From Azolla caroliniana (lineage: Eukaryota > Plantae > Polypodiophyta): 64,000 nucleotides of DNA. Shown here one piece after another: positions 11,692 to 24,254 of this stretch; the stretch's first letter is position 1, and every line of letters starts with the position of its first letter. The notes below the pieces were generated by a model. The model was not told where the DNA came from. It saw only the letters and a list, made by a program, of their open reading frames with translations, and did no database searches. The position numbers and the translations under genes are program-made. Location: the NCBI GenBank assembly GCA_043228905.1, contig JBHGNT010000017.1, positions 3,286,001 through 3,350,000 on the forward strand. Direction: 5' to 3'.

Positions 11692-14262
11692 ATGAAGAGC
11701 GAGTGTTTACACACTTCCAAAAATTCAAAGCGAAGTCGAAAAGACAACTGGGCGTCATGTACGATGTCTTCGGTCAGACGGAGGAAAGGAATACTTCTCC
11801 GATGCGTTCACGGCATACCTTCGACAAGAAGTAATTCGGCAAGAATTCACTTGCCGACACACACCACAACAGAACGGTGTAGCCGAACGCAAGAATCGAC
11901 ACATCCTCGAAGTAGCAAGGGCCATGCTAAATGAGAAGCATATGCCCAAGTCATATCGGGCAGAAGTTGCAAATACCGCCGTCTACCTCATGAACCGGTG
12001 CACAACATCCGGAGTGCACGAGGTCACCCCGCACGAGAAATACTCTAGAAAGAAGCTGGATCTATCCCATGTAAGGATATTCAACTCCATTGCATACGTG
12101 CACATTCTCGATGAGAAGCGGCAGAAGCTTGACCCAAAATTAGAGAAGTGCATCCTCGTGGGGTACTCATAGGAGCAAAAGGGGTACAAGTGCTTCAACC
12201 CCTCTACTCGGAAGACTCGTGTAAGTCGAGATGTCGTCTTTGACGAATCAACATCATGGTACAAACCCGAGCCGACTCCTCCCGAACCATCTACGAACGA
12301 CCTCAACAACACATAAGACGATGATCAACTAAGGTTAATACTCGAAGAGAGTTCGATCTCAACTAGATTGAGCGGACCACAAGAGCCTCCGAGCAACCAA
12401 AGCTCATCTCGGCCAAATCCAAAGATGGACAAAGGGAAGGCCAAAATGCCGGAATATGAAGACGATCACTTCGATGGCAACGAATCGACTCATTCACTCG
12501 ATAGTGAGTTCAATGGCTTTGATGTGCCTCTTAGGAGGTCACCCGGAGTTGAGAAAGCACTCACATCGGCAAATGAGAAACTCTGTCACTCCACCCGAGA
12601 GAAGAATCCGGTTAGCCGATTCGGCTACAACGACTATATGGCATACCATTATGCCTTTATGATGAAGGTGGCAGCAGTTCGAGAACCAGAAAGCTTTGCC
12701 GAAGCCGCTAAAGATCCTCAATGGGTCGAAGCGATGAACAAGGAGATGCAAGCTCTCAGCAAGAATGAGACATGGGATCTTGTCCCTCACTCACCGCACA
12801 AGAAGGCAATTGGTTGCAGATGGATATACAATGTGAAGTATAATGCCGACGGTTCCATCAACCGCTACAAAGCTCGACTCGTAGCAAAGGGCTACACACA
12901 AACACAGGGCGTCCACTATGAAGAGACCTTTGCCCCGGTGGCAAAGATGACAACCGTGTGAACCGTGATAGCGCTTGTGGTAGCGAAAGGGCGGCACCTC
13001 CACCAGATGGATGTCAAGAACGCTTTTCTTCAAGGCAAATTAGAAGAGGAGGTGTACATGGTACAACCACCCGGCTTCAAATCCAACATTCATCTGAAAG
13101 CCATCTACCGACTCAAGAAGCCTCTCTACAACCTTAAGCAAGCACCACGTGCTTGACACTCAAAGATAACACAATATCTTCATTGAATCGGCTTCCGAAT
13201 GTCAAAATCCGACAATTCTCTCTATGTAAGAAGCGATTCCGAAAGTCTGATCATCATCATCTTGTACGTGGATGATCTGGTCATTGGAGTTGAGCATCTA
13301 GTCAACATCAACAAGGTCAAATCCCTCCTTTCCAACAAATTCGAGATGACGGACATGAAAGAGCTCCACTACTTCCTTGGCATCGAGGTAATTCGAACTC
13401 CAGCTGGGATTATGATCTCCCAACGGCACTACATTCTCAACTTGTTATACAAGTTCGGGATGACTGAGTGCAAGTCTGTGGCAAACACCTCTCGACCGAA
13501 ACCTCAAACTAGATGCCAATTATGGCACCACAGAATGTGAGCCGACTCAGTATCAACAACTGGTCGGTAGTCTTATCTACCTCACAATCACTCGACTACC
13601 TAAGCTATCCAGTCGGCCTTCTTAGCCAATTCATGCAAACACCACGAGATATCCATTTAGATTGTGCTAAGAGAGTGCTACGATACGTGAGTGGAACGAT
13701 GGACTATGGCATTCTCTATAAGTCCGCCACGCCAATTCAACTCGAGGGGTACACATATGGCGATTGGGTAGGCTACAAAGCCGACCGACGATCAACCTCT
13801 GGTTTTGTCTTCTCCCTCAAAAGTGGAGCCATCTCTTGGAGTAGCAAGAAGCAACCAGCTGTCGCTCTTTCGAGCACAGAGGCCGAATACAGGGTCGCGG
13901 CGGTGGCTGCATGTGAAGTCGTATGGCTCAAGTGGATATTAAAGGATCTGGGCATTCCCATCAAAGATTCGATTCTCCTTTACTGCGACAACATGAGCAG
14001 TATTTATCTGGCTCGAAACCCGGTGTTCCACGCACGCACGAAGCATATCGAAGTGCACTATCACTTCATTCAAGAGCGTGTTCAGGTTGACGATGTCGAC
14101 CTTCAACATATGTCTACGAATCTTCAGACAATTGACATCTGCACCAAAGCCCTAAGAGCCGACAAGCTTCGGCAATTCCTGCCGGACCTTGGGTTGACGG
14201 TCCTTGAAAACCGATGCGGACATCAACTGAAGTAGCCGACCAAATTTGAGCTTGAGGGGGAG

Positions 14263-14575
14263 TGTTGAGAATCAAGCTCAACCTAGTCTAGTGTGTGAAC
14301 ACACCCTTGAGAGTGTGCACTCAAAGGTCAAAAGTCACCACTTTTATCTACATATTAACTATGTGTCATAGAATCATATTCTATGACACATAACTAATGA
14401 GTTTTCACATTCCCCATGACCCATGAGCTTCGGTAGTTAATGAAGAAAGAGAGTGACTATATAAAGCACTATCCTCCTACTTTGTAATTAGGTCGATTAA
14501 TCTCCTTTGTAATATACATCTTCTTGAGTATTCTATTGTCTCACAAAAAAACTATCTATTGTTTTCTCTCCTCTA

Positions 14576-14606
<31 letters not shown>

Positions 14607-14661
14607 TAACGCACATCTCTCACCTATTCCGCTACACAAGAATCATACCCGATTCTTTACA
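14263..14661 (+). repeat. 3' LTR of copia element
   Basis: Direct repeat of 1920-2316, preceded by the PPT and followed by the TSD AGAAT. Confidence 0.95.
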
Positions 14662-15389
14662 AGAATAATGGAGAAAAATTAACAAAGAACACAAAGAAGA
14701 CGACACACAAGACAACAATTCAAATCTTCACTTAAACTGATTCGAGAAAGGATTTTCAACAACAGCTCTGCGTTAGCCACAACAAAATCAAGCTACACCG
14801 GCAAGACGAGATGCAACGGATCCATGGCGAACCTCTGGTCGAGGAGCTCACAACTTGCAACTGCAAGCGGAGGCCACGCACGATGGTTTTGGTGTGCGTG
14901 CAATAGATCCGTGGCGAGCCTCCAATCGGGGAGCTCACAACTCACAACTATGAGCGGAAGCCACGCACGGTGGTGCATGGTGGTGTTGGCATGAGTGCTT
15001 AAGACAGATCAAGAGCATGAGGGAGACAAGGGCTTCAGAGACCCCTCTTCACCAAAACCAAAATTGAGAAGAAAAGAACCTAGAATCTCCCTCTATCCCA
15101 AAGAAGAAGAAGAAGAAAAGCCCATTTTGTGACCCCTCGCTCCCTTTTATAGCACAAGGGAGGGTCGCATGCAATGAACTTTTTCTCCCACCCATGTGTG
15201 CACATCACACTTACATGTTTTTAGCCTTACATCTAACCTATCTTTTACAATTTTCTTTTCATTCCTATTTACAACATGCTAGTGTACATGTGTGACCATC
15301 ATCCCTTTCATGCGTGTGCCCATTGCACTTTCTCGATTTGTCTGTTTCACGTAATTTTCACACCATTGCAGAAAATCTTCACGTTAACG

Positions 15390-17213
15390 TCTGATACGGC
15401 AAGTCCCAAATTCAAAGCCATACTAGTTGCAAAGGGTTTCCGACAGGAATATGGCATCGACTTTGACGAAATTTTTTCACCAATGGTGAAAATGACGACC
15501 CTTCGATTATTGCTTGACATAGAGGCAACCGAAAGGCTTTGTTGCAACCGGCCAAGAGCATCTAGTCTATCAACTCAAGAAGAGTCTTTACGACCTAAAG
15601 CAGGCACCAAGGCAATGGTACAGAAAGTTCGACGACTTCATTCAGTCTATCAGCTTCTATAAGGGTGATGAGGATCACTTCCTCTTCTCGAAGAAAGATC
15701 AAGATGGGTCACCCATCTTCCTCTTCCTATACATGGATGACATGCTTCTCTCCGATCGGCATGCCAAAGAGCTTATCGATCTTGTTCGGCAACTGCGGTT
15801 GAAGTTTACAATGAAGGACTTAGGTCCGGGTTGACAAATACTCAGTGTGAAGATTAGTTGGCTCCGGAATCAACGACAATTATTTCTGTCTCAAACCGAC
15901 TATATCAAATGTGTTCTAGTGCATTACAACATGAAATTGGCCAAATCTACTTCGTCCCCACTCCCCATTAACCATTGGTTGTCTCAACGAGACTATCTAA
16001 CATCCAGTTCGAAGGGGGAAGATATGAAGCCGTTACCATATGCATTGACAGTCGACTCCTTGATGTACGCAATGGTTGCGATACGGCCTGACATAGCACA
16101 TGTTGTAGGAGTCATTAGCAGATTAATGCACAACCCTAGCCGACAACATTGGAATGCAGTTAAGCATGTATTCAGATATCTGGTGGACACACAAGACCTT
16201 GGCATCCTCTTCAGCACGAACAAGAATTTAGGCGTAGTCAGCTACATCGACTCGTACTTTGTTGGTTGTGTGGACAGTTGAAAGTCAACAACCGGATACT
16301 GCTTCAAATTCAGCAAAGGAGCAATTTCATGGAAGTCGAAACTTCAGGAGTGCATCGCATATTTAGCAACCAATGCCAAATACGTAGCCACATCCGATGT
16401 AGCGAAAGAGGCTCTATGGCTCGATCGACTGGTGTGTACGTTTCGACAAGCCGATCCCAATTCAGCTATAGTAATCTACAATGACAGTCAGGGTGTTGCG
16501 CCTTGTTGAAAAACCCAGTTCATCATAATGCTTCCAAGCAAATCGATGTTCGGTATCTCTTTATTTGGGAATGCATAACTTTAGGGAAGCTCGGCCTTGA
16601 GAAAATCTTTACGACTGACAATGTAGCTGACGAGATGACCAAGTGTCTTTCGACTGACCGATTTAGGTCACCAAGGCACTAGATGGGCTTAAGGAGAAAT
16701 CAGTCTGATCGCGTCAAACAACAGAGATCTAGCTTTGAATAATTGGCCTCAACAGTCGATACGACTTCTACTCTCGAACCAATCAATTCAACCTCTGTTT
16801 CTTTTGGCCATTACCGACTCGGCTATAAGTCGATCTGTCCTAACATCTCTCCTTAGTGTATATGCCCATTACAGGGGAATGTCAGCCATTTTCACGCAGT
16901 CCCACTTGGACAGACTAGGTTTAGGACATTTTTGTTATTAGACCAAAGGGTGGTTGCCCTAGCTCCATTATTATATAACTGACTATGTAACCTAGTTCAA
17001 CATATTGTTGGTTGTCATTCTTTGTATGTACTAGTCGAATAATACAATTATATACTTGTGCATTTGACTCTTTCTCTCTCTCTCTCTTGGTCCTTGAGTT
17101 GTCTCGTTTATCTTTGTAGCTAATCTGTTCATTTGATCTTGCCATCATCGACTTGGTATTTTTCAACACCTAAATGATGTTTTGTTTCCACACTGACAAT
17201 CTTCTGCCCAACA
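15390..17213 (+). mobile_element. 3' half of a degenerate copia element (RT-RNase H, PPT, LTR 16880-17213); same family as 44342-50706
   Basis: KFKAILVAKGFRQEYGIDFDEIFSP, SLMYAMVAIRPDIAH, HWNAVKHVFRYL. The pre-PPT sequence CTCCTTAGTGTATATGCCCATTA and LTR GACTAGGTTTAGGACA are shared with the 44-50 kb element. Confidence 0.88.
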
Positions 17214-17319
17214 CAAATTATGTTGCAATAACACGTATGCGTGTGCTACTCGAGCGGGACCACAAGGGTCTTAGACTATGGAGGTCACAAGGGCTGAGAT
17301 GGCATGGCGGATAGGTATT

Positions 17320-17480
17320 GGACTCGAAGGGATCATAGAGTCGATGGGGGCCTAGACTCGAAAGGGGCCTAGAGTTGACGGGAGCTCGGAGTTGAATGGA
17401 GCCTAGAGTCGACGGGAGCCTAGACTTAAAAGCAGCCTAGAGTTGACGGGAGCTCAGACTCGAAGGGAGCCTAGAGTGGG
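17320..17480. repeat. Degenerate ~17-bp minisatellite (GGGAGCCTAGAGTCGAC-like), probably inside an LTR remnant starting ~17221
   Basis: About 9 imperfect copies. The upstream 17254-17276 carries the GCGGGACCAC..GGGTCTT motif also seen in the gypsy LTR. Confidence 0.65.
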
Positions 17481-20400
17481 ACAAGTGATTAATATACTAA
17501 GCACAATATTGGGCAAGCAATTAACACAATAGTCACAATATTAAGAAACAACTGCAAGATTGCGATCAAAGATCCTTTTATAGGGTTATAAAATGTTCAA
17601 TTAATTAAGAGAAACCCTTTATATCTCATGGCATATAGTAGTGAGGGCAAGTGATTGCACTGGTAGTGGTAATGGTAACCACTAATTAAGAAAGAAGAAG
17701 ATGGATTAAGCTTCTGGTGAAGACGAGACAAGTGGGCCGCTAAAACCACCGATGGATTTAATGCCAAGAGTCAGGGTAGAATTCTTAGGTTACTTTGTTC
17801 TCTCTTCGTGAAACCGAAGTACAAGATCACTAATCCATTCCTTGAAGCTCCTCATAGTGTTGAACACAAAAGACGTCAAAGGTGAAGAAGACGTCAAAGG
17901 TGACTAGAACACCCCAAATTCTCTAGGAGCCAAAAATGTGCCCTTCGCCCCTCCTTCTATAGGAAGAGCACCCTCCCTTTGCATTCAATGTTCTCGTTAA
18001 TCTATGTCGCGTTGTCATGTCTTTTATTCCCTTCAATTCCTCTACACATATCGTTGCCCCCCCTTTTTTACATCTATTCCCCTCTTTCTCCACATGCTTC
18101 CACCCTTTCTTTTGCCACTTTTTACCTTTGGCCGCACCACATCATGGCGCCGAATTAAACATAATTGGTAATGGAACCATGTCTATTTTTGACAAGGTAA
18201 AACCGAAGTCCAAACCTCCACCATCTTGGACCCAGAACATTTGTTCGTGGGTACAACTCTAGCTCATGCATTGGTAACTACACTACGTCGCAAGTTAGCC
18301 ACCTCACAACTTTTCAACAACATCAAAGAGAACTATGCACCCTCTAAGTGGACTCCACTACCATTCAACAAATCATCAAGAATGCTTATGCGCAATAGTT
18401 TGATCAAATGTCGACCAAGTTTCAAAAGCACCAGGAATCTACCCTTATAGTATCACGTAGGAGGAAACAACAAATGTGAAACTTACATCCACTAAGAACC
18501 TACCGAGTGGCAACCATAGACCGAGCTAAGGAATGCCGACAACAATGGAAGTTTGAGTACCACAATACAAGACACATGGGACATACCATCAGTAGATTAC
18601 AAAGAACATGGCTTCTTCTGTCTAGTTCTTGTGGAAACATGTATGCACTTGTTAAACTTTGTCATAACATCATTTCGTTACACCAACCAACATTGGACAC
18701 AAAGTCTAGTCACCACTACTTTCATACAAATTATCTATGCTCTCTGTGCTTGTAAATCATTCCAATAATGAATTCACCACATGCTTTAAGGTAATGACCA
18801 TGGAGCTTTAGGAAACCTAGAGATTTTATTATTGTTTTAGTATGGATGACATGAATTCACCCATATTTATAACCATGACTTGTCTCATAAGACGATTTTG
18901 GTCTTTAGTTGATGTTAACATCTCTCTCTCTCTTGTCTAATACTAGATTCTAGTTATTAGTGTTAGGGACATCTAAATCTACATGCTATTGGATGACGTA
19001 TAAAGGCTATACTTTTCTATTTGCAATGTTTAATTATGCTAATACAAATTCGATGGATCTTAGTGTTCTTTTTGGTGGAGGGTAAGGTTAACGTTGATTG
19101 ATGTGTTATCAAAGAACAACTTAGTTGCACATTATGGTTGATAAGTCTTTATGTGTACATTTTATGTTCTTGTGATGTGAAGGTGAAAGAAATTACATGG
19201 TTTTGGGTGAGGGCCTAACCTAGTGAAAAAAGGAAAATAAAATTATAACATCTTATTTTCCTCGAAAGCGAAAAACAAACTTATTTTTATCATAAAACTA
19301 CCAAACTCTTATGAACCTCACATGTCATAGTAAAAGCTCTTGATATGTGATATCTCTTGTTGTGTATCCGGTAACCTCTAATATGAAATGTATGGTTATG
19401 TATTGCTCTTCAAATGTTGACACCATGACGTGATGAAGACAATGCTATTTATTCAAGGCAATAAAATGGGTTTCCCAACTTTTATCTCTTTCTTCTACTT
19501 GTAATTTCAATATGCCTTCTTATATATATATATATATTTCATGGCGCAAGTTGGTTCTTACACATGTATCATGAACGCATAATTGGGGAATATCAAAAAA
19601 CAAAATTTCACATCCTACGAAACATGGACAATAGGGCTCGATTTAATTTATCATGGAAGGGTATCGCTATTGCTCTTTGTTGCATAATATGGTTATTCAT
19701 GTGTAACATTTACGTTATCGTAATGTGTAAGTGAAAACAATGGCAGTTAGTTTTGGGCGAGGGTCTAACTCACTGATAAACAAGAAACATATGTATAACA
19801 TTATTCCCCTCACTCAACAAGACAGGATTTATGTAACTTGGATGTACCGAACAAATTTGAAGCTTCTGTATCATGCTAAAGTCCATCACTCTTCAATAAT
19901 TCACGTTTGTGGTTAAAACATCATATCTCATCAATTTATAATTGTGAGTCATTCTTCCAATGTTGACATTATGCAACAAAGATAAAGACACACATTCAAA
20001 GCAAGAAATTTATATACTCAACATGTATCACTTTTGAGCTTGTAATTTCAACTTGCATTTGTATGTTTCATGGCATAATTTGAGTTATTACACATGTATC
20101 ATGCATACATTGTTCACGATTTGATATGAAAGACGTGAGTGAAATGGGAAGAGAAAGGAGCAATAAAATAACTGAAGTAGGAGATAAAAAAGAGCCGTCA
20201 TACTCCTAAATTACCCATGCTAGTTATTTACATACAATATACATCTATAAACACATGCTCTCAAATTCGACATCTTTGTCCCGGGAACATTCATTGAATC
20301 ATAAGCATGTCTAGACACTTACAATATATTCTATCTCAACAGGAATAAATAAGGTGGGGATTAAACTATAAACAAATGCATGAACCTCGAACAAAAACCA

Positions 20401-23400
20401 CCCAACCAGTGAGGAGTTGAAGGTCTAACACTCTACGTGCTAGCTTATCAATGGCCCAAGCATGCACAATGTTTTGTAAAGCTGTCCCCTCTATCTCTCT
20501 CACAATTGTCAGCTAATATTTGTACATAGCAATGTTAGTTTCTTTGGATACATGACTCTCAACTGGCCATAACATATGTGTTTCAATACCCATTTAATTG
20601 CGTGTAACTCCCAATGCTCATCTGGCATGTATATGCATATCTCTTTACTCTCTATATGCATACACATTGACTTTTTAAGATCGTCACATTCTTCTCGTCT
20701 TCGTCTAAATTTCTATAATTATTCATGCACCCTTCCTCCTCCCCCAAAAGAAGCCCACGTAACAAACTTTTCTTTAAATGCATCCCCCTCGGCCAAAAAG
20801 ACCCACATAAAACAATCGTGACTTTTTTCTCCATGGTCATAAAAATATATGGATGAAACTAAAATATCATTTCGCATGATATGATTCGGACTTCTAAAGA
20901 ATGCTATCAAAAATTTCATTTCTTTACAAGGCTCATTTCTATTCGTCCATCGTGCGCTGATAATAAAGAGAGAGATGACCCCACTTTTGTTGTTTCATAA
21001 TGCATCAATCTTGGGAAACAGAGGTACACTTTTTCATATTTCGAGTAGAAAGAGCATGCCATATATCATGTAATGTTGTGTAGCCTTATAACAACAATAC
21101 ACACAAACAAGAAGTATCATAAAAAAGAGTGTGGGACAATACTATATATTTTTAAAGGGCATTAGATATTTTATACACAAAATGTATAGAATTTTGAAGT
21201 GCACAAAGTTTCGCTAGTAGAATAACAAAGAAGCGCAATAGAGAGTGTGTTGACGTGTCTAAAAAGAAAGGAAGAATGTGTTTTAATTTAAATGCATGAC
21301 CACAAGGTTTGTCGCTCATATCATATATTTTCGTAGGTTTGCCAAGCCAATAACTGTGTGTGACTGTGGACTCTTGTTTTTGCACAAGCGAATTAGGGTG
21401 CGTAGGTTAAAGCTATCAACACATTTGTTTGAGAAAACGATGCATTGATTCAACAAACATTGCTTGAAATTTGAATTTCTCAACTAGAAACCTCTATAAA
21501 AGAAGCAAAACCATCATCGTAGACATGCATTATATGGTTTGATTTTTGACGAGAATATTACATTTTTCATTATGTTTCGAACTACGAGCATCAAAGCAAA
21601 CATGGGTAATTACTAAAATAATAACTTGAAAAATGTTTATGAATAGCAAATGATCACAATAAAAGATTACACATGTTCATAGTATACACGTATAAACACG
21701 CATCTGTGGTCTTAAACTAATATTTTTGAGAGATAAATTGTGCCTACCTGGTCTTAAACTAATATTTTTGAGAGATAAATTCTATAGACAGATGATATGA
21801 AAAGAAAAGCGAAACATGTTTTTAAGTACACACATGCATGTGTTTGCTCTCATTGGCGTTGGTATAGAAGATCGACAAATTCATATAAATTTCCATCCCA
21901 TTCCTATTTTATAATGCAAACAAGGAATTTCATTTCATTTACTATAATGTATAACGACCATTGAACAATAATAAATTAGTCACATACATAAGTATGTATA
22001 CATATGCACACACACACACACACATAAACACACATGTTTATTACTAGCTATGCGACACATTGACATGTGCATGTGCACATACACACACACACAATGCAAC
22101 AATGTGCATGAGTGTGTGCACGCACACACACTTCGAGATGTGTCTAGCAAAAGGAAGGGAGAGATATTTCCATTTCATTGACTGTTGAAACAATCAATCG
22201 ACGACACCAGTCTATGATAAATCGATCATCAATTTAGTTCTGGAACACATGGTGGTTAAAAAAAATGGCCACACAAGGGTTCACAAGTTGGGAGCAAGGA
22301 TCGATAAAGAAGTAATGGAGGGTAGGATGAACAAATAGGAACAATGAATCAAAGAGTCTACAACGGCAACAATGAAAGAAGAGGTTTTGTGGGGAGTCCG
22401 AGAGTCATCGGTCCCGGCCCCAGCTCCGTCATTAGTTCCCAACTCCACCATTCGGATCGAGCCTTTCCGAGTAAAGTCGTGGGCCCGACCCAAAAAGCAA
22501 ATGACCGATAGATGAGATGACAGCAATAACAAGCGGACAGAGAGGTTATATGCTTAATAAGTAGTAAGTTATGACCTTCAGGCAACGGCCGACAATATCG
22601 GGGGCCGACGACAAACAATGAAAGGAAAGAAGAAGAAGAAGGATGGAAAATTTTAAAACTATGTAGGTCATGTAGTAGTGTGTGAAAAAAAAGGGCTGAG
22701 AAATCAGTGAGGAAGAAGGAGAAAGAAAGGAGAGGAACAAAAGGAGAGTAAGAAGGAAGAAGGAAGAAGAAGAAGAAGAAGGGGAGGAGAAGAGGAGGAG
22801 GAGGAGGAGGAATGAGAGAGAGGAGGAGAAAGAAAGGAAGGAAAAGAAAGGAAGGAAGGAAAGAAGGAAGAGAAAAAGCATCCTTGCTGCGCATGAGAAG
22901 GAGAAGGGCAGAAAAAAAAGGGCAAAAATTGTAGGAGAAAAAAAGAAGAAGAAAAGAAAAGAGAGAGCCCCCCCCCCCCCCCCCCCCCCCCAAACTTTTC
23001 GAGCTTCCTTGCCGCTTCTCTTCTTCTTCTTCTTCTTCTTCTTCTTCTTCCTTTCTTTCTCTCTTTCTTCTGTTTGTATCAGTCTTTAGATCAACGCCTT
23101 CTCTCTATTTATTATAACGTTTCTTCTATGTTGTTGTAACATCATTGCCTCTTTGTGGGCTGCTGCTCTTTCTATCACCTTCATCATCATCTTCATCATC
23201 TTTATACAGAACGCTTCTCATCCAGGTATGTCAACATTAACATAGCTTTGCAAATCTGTGCTAAGTAGTGATCCTTAAACATGTGGGTCTTTCTTGTTTT
23301 TTATGATGTCTTTGCTTGGTTAATGATTAAAATATATATATATATCTACATATGTATGCTTTTTCTCTTTGGGGACTCAGGTGATTGCTCTGCTCCTTGG

Positions 23401-23555
23401 TTTGTGCTGTTTTCTGGACTTGCTTAATCAGGAAACAAGTATGTCTGCATACATACATACCTACTTACTTACTTACTTACCAGGATATATGTAGAGAGTG
23501 CAGATCTCCTTTTGTTAATTCAACTTCTTGCACTGTGTGTAGAAGTGTGTGTATC

Positions 23556-24195
23556 CATGACTGTATGCTGATGCTGCTGATGTTGATAGGTGCATTATAG
23601 TAGGGGAATTAAAAAGCAGAGTGGAAGGAAACAAAAGGCTAGCTAGTAGATCTATTGTTATATAAACAATAGCTCTCACTTTGGCACCATCGTTGTATGA
23701 TGATGATGGGTGCATTGCATTGCTATGCAGGGGAATAAAAAAGCAGGGAGAAAGTAGGGAAGAGAAAGGGTACGGAATCAGATATCTTGTTATTGTAGTA
23801 CCACCTTTTCTTTTCTATCAGGAGCATGTTAAAATAGCCATGGTTGTATGATGGCTATGCTGATGAGTGCATTACATTCGTGTTGAGGGTGGAAAAAGAA
23901 ATAGAGAGAAAAGAGAAAGTAGGAATTAGATAATTCTATCTTTGAAATTCTAACTTTCAATTTTGTTCCTACTATGTATATCCATGCTTGTATGATGATG
24001 CTGATGGCCGTGGGTGCATTGTGTTGTTGTGCAGGGAATAAAGGAGCAGAACGATATAGAGAGAGACAGACAAGAAGGGAAAAAGGCCAGGGAGAAGATA
24101 TCTTATTCTTGAAATACTAGCTTCACTGTGGTATAAGGTTGTATATATAAGATGATGGTGATCATTGGCACATTGCATTGATGTGCGTAAGGAAC
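23556..24195 (+). repeat. 4-5 degenerate ~130-155-bp repeats in the 5' UTR/intron of the PUF gene
   Basis: Unit CCATG-TGTATG(A/C)TGATG...GTGCATT...AG-GGAATAAA..GCAG...purine run...AGATATCT starts at ~23556, 23687, 23838, 23982, with a partial copy at ~24138. Confidence 0.75.
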
Positions 24196-24254
24196 ATATC
24201 CTTCCTTGGCTCTGTTCTGGTATCTTGTTTTCCTTGCTACTGTTGTAATTTTTC

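Larger units (their letters stand above)
2472..14235 (+). pseudogene. Copia gag-pol polyprotein, fragmented (2472-3502 and 10625-14235)
   Basis: Gag EKLDRNNFASWEYKM and zinc knuckle CSYCEKIGHHEEEC. Protease FVDSSALNHMT|SHQEWF is split by the gypsy. Integrase LWHKRIGH, VHSDVWGP. RT YKARLVAKG, HQMDVKNAFL, LYVDDL. RNase H SSTEAEY, RTKHIEVHYHF. Many stops and frameshifts. Confidence 0.95.
1920..14661 (+). mobile_element. Full-length Ty1/copia LTR retrotransposon, degenerate, with nested gypsy insertion
   Basis: LTRs 1920-2316 and 14263-14661 (TG...CA). 5-bp TSD AGAAT at 1915-1919 and 14662-14666. PBS TGGTATCAGAGC, PPT GAGGGGGAG at 14254-14262. Domain order gag-PR-INT-RT-RNaseH. Confidence 0.97.
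1515..15385 (-). mobile_element. Probable older LTR (segments 1515-1919 and 14667-~15385) interrupted by the copia at 1920-14661
   Basis: Non-coding on both sides of the AGAAT TSD, with short internal repeats (~1590-1730 and 14811-14985). Minus-strand TATA (CCTTTTATAG ~15143) in a context like the gypsy LTR. It ends where a copia RT resumes at ~15390. Boundaries are uncertain. Confidence 0.4.

Noticed and set aside
18000-18800. Coding-looking fragments (also 30480-30950 and 32540-33060)
   Set aside because: Probably ancient TE debris, but no motif could be assigned with confidence.
22358-22993. 211-aa F/L/S/P-rich ORF and overlapping ORFs
   Set aside because: Translation of GA/CT low-complexity promoter DNA.
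23556-24195. Intronic C/D snoRNA cluster (ATGATGA/CTGA motifs)
   Set aside because: CTGA sits directly next to the C-like boxes rather than 60-100 nt away; no terminal stems or recognisable rRNA guides.
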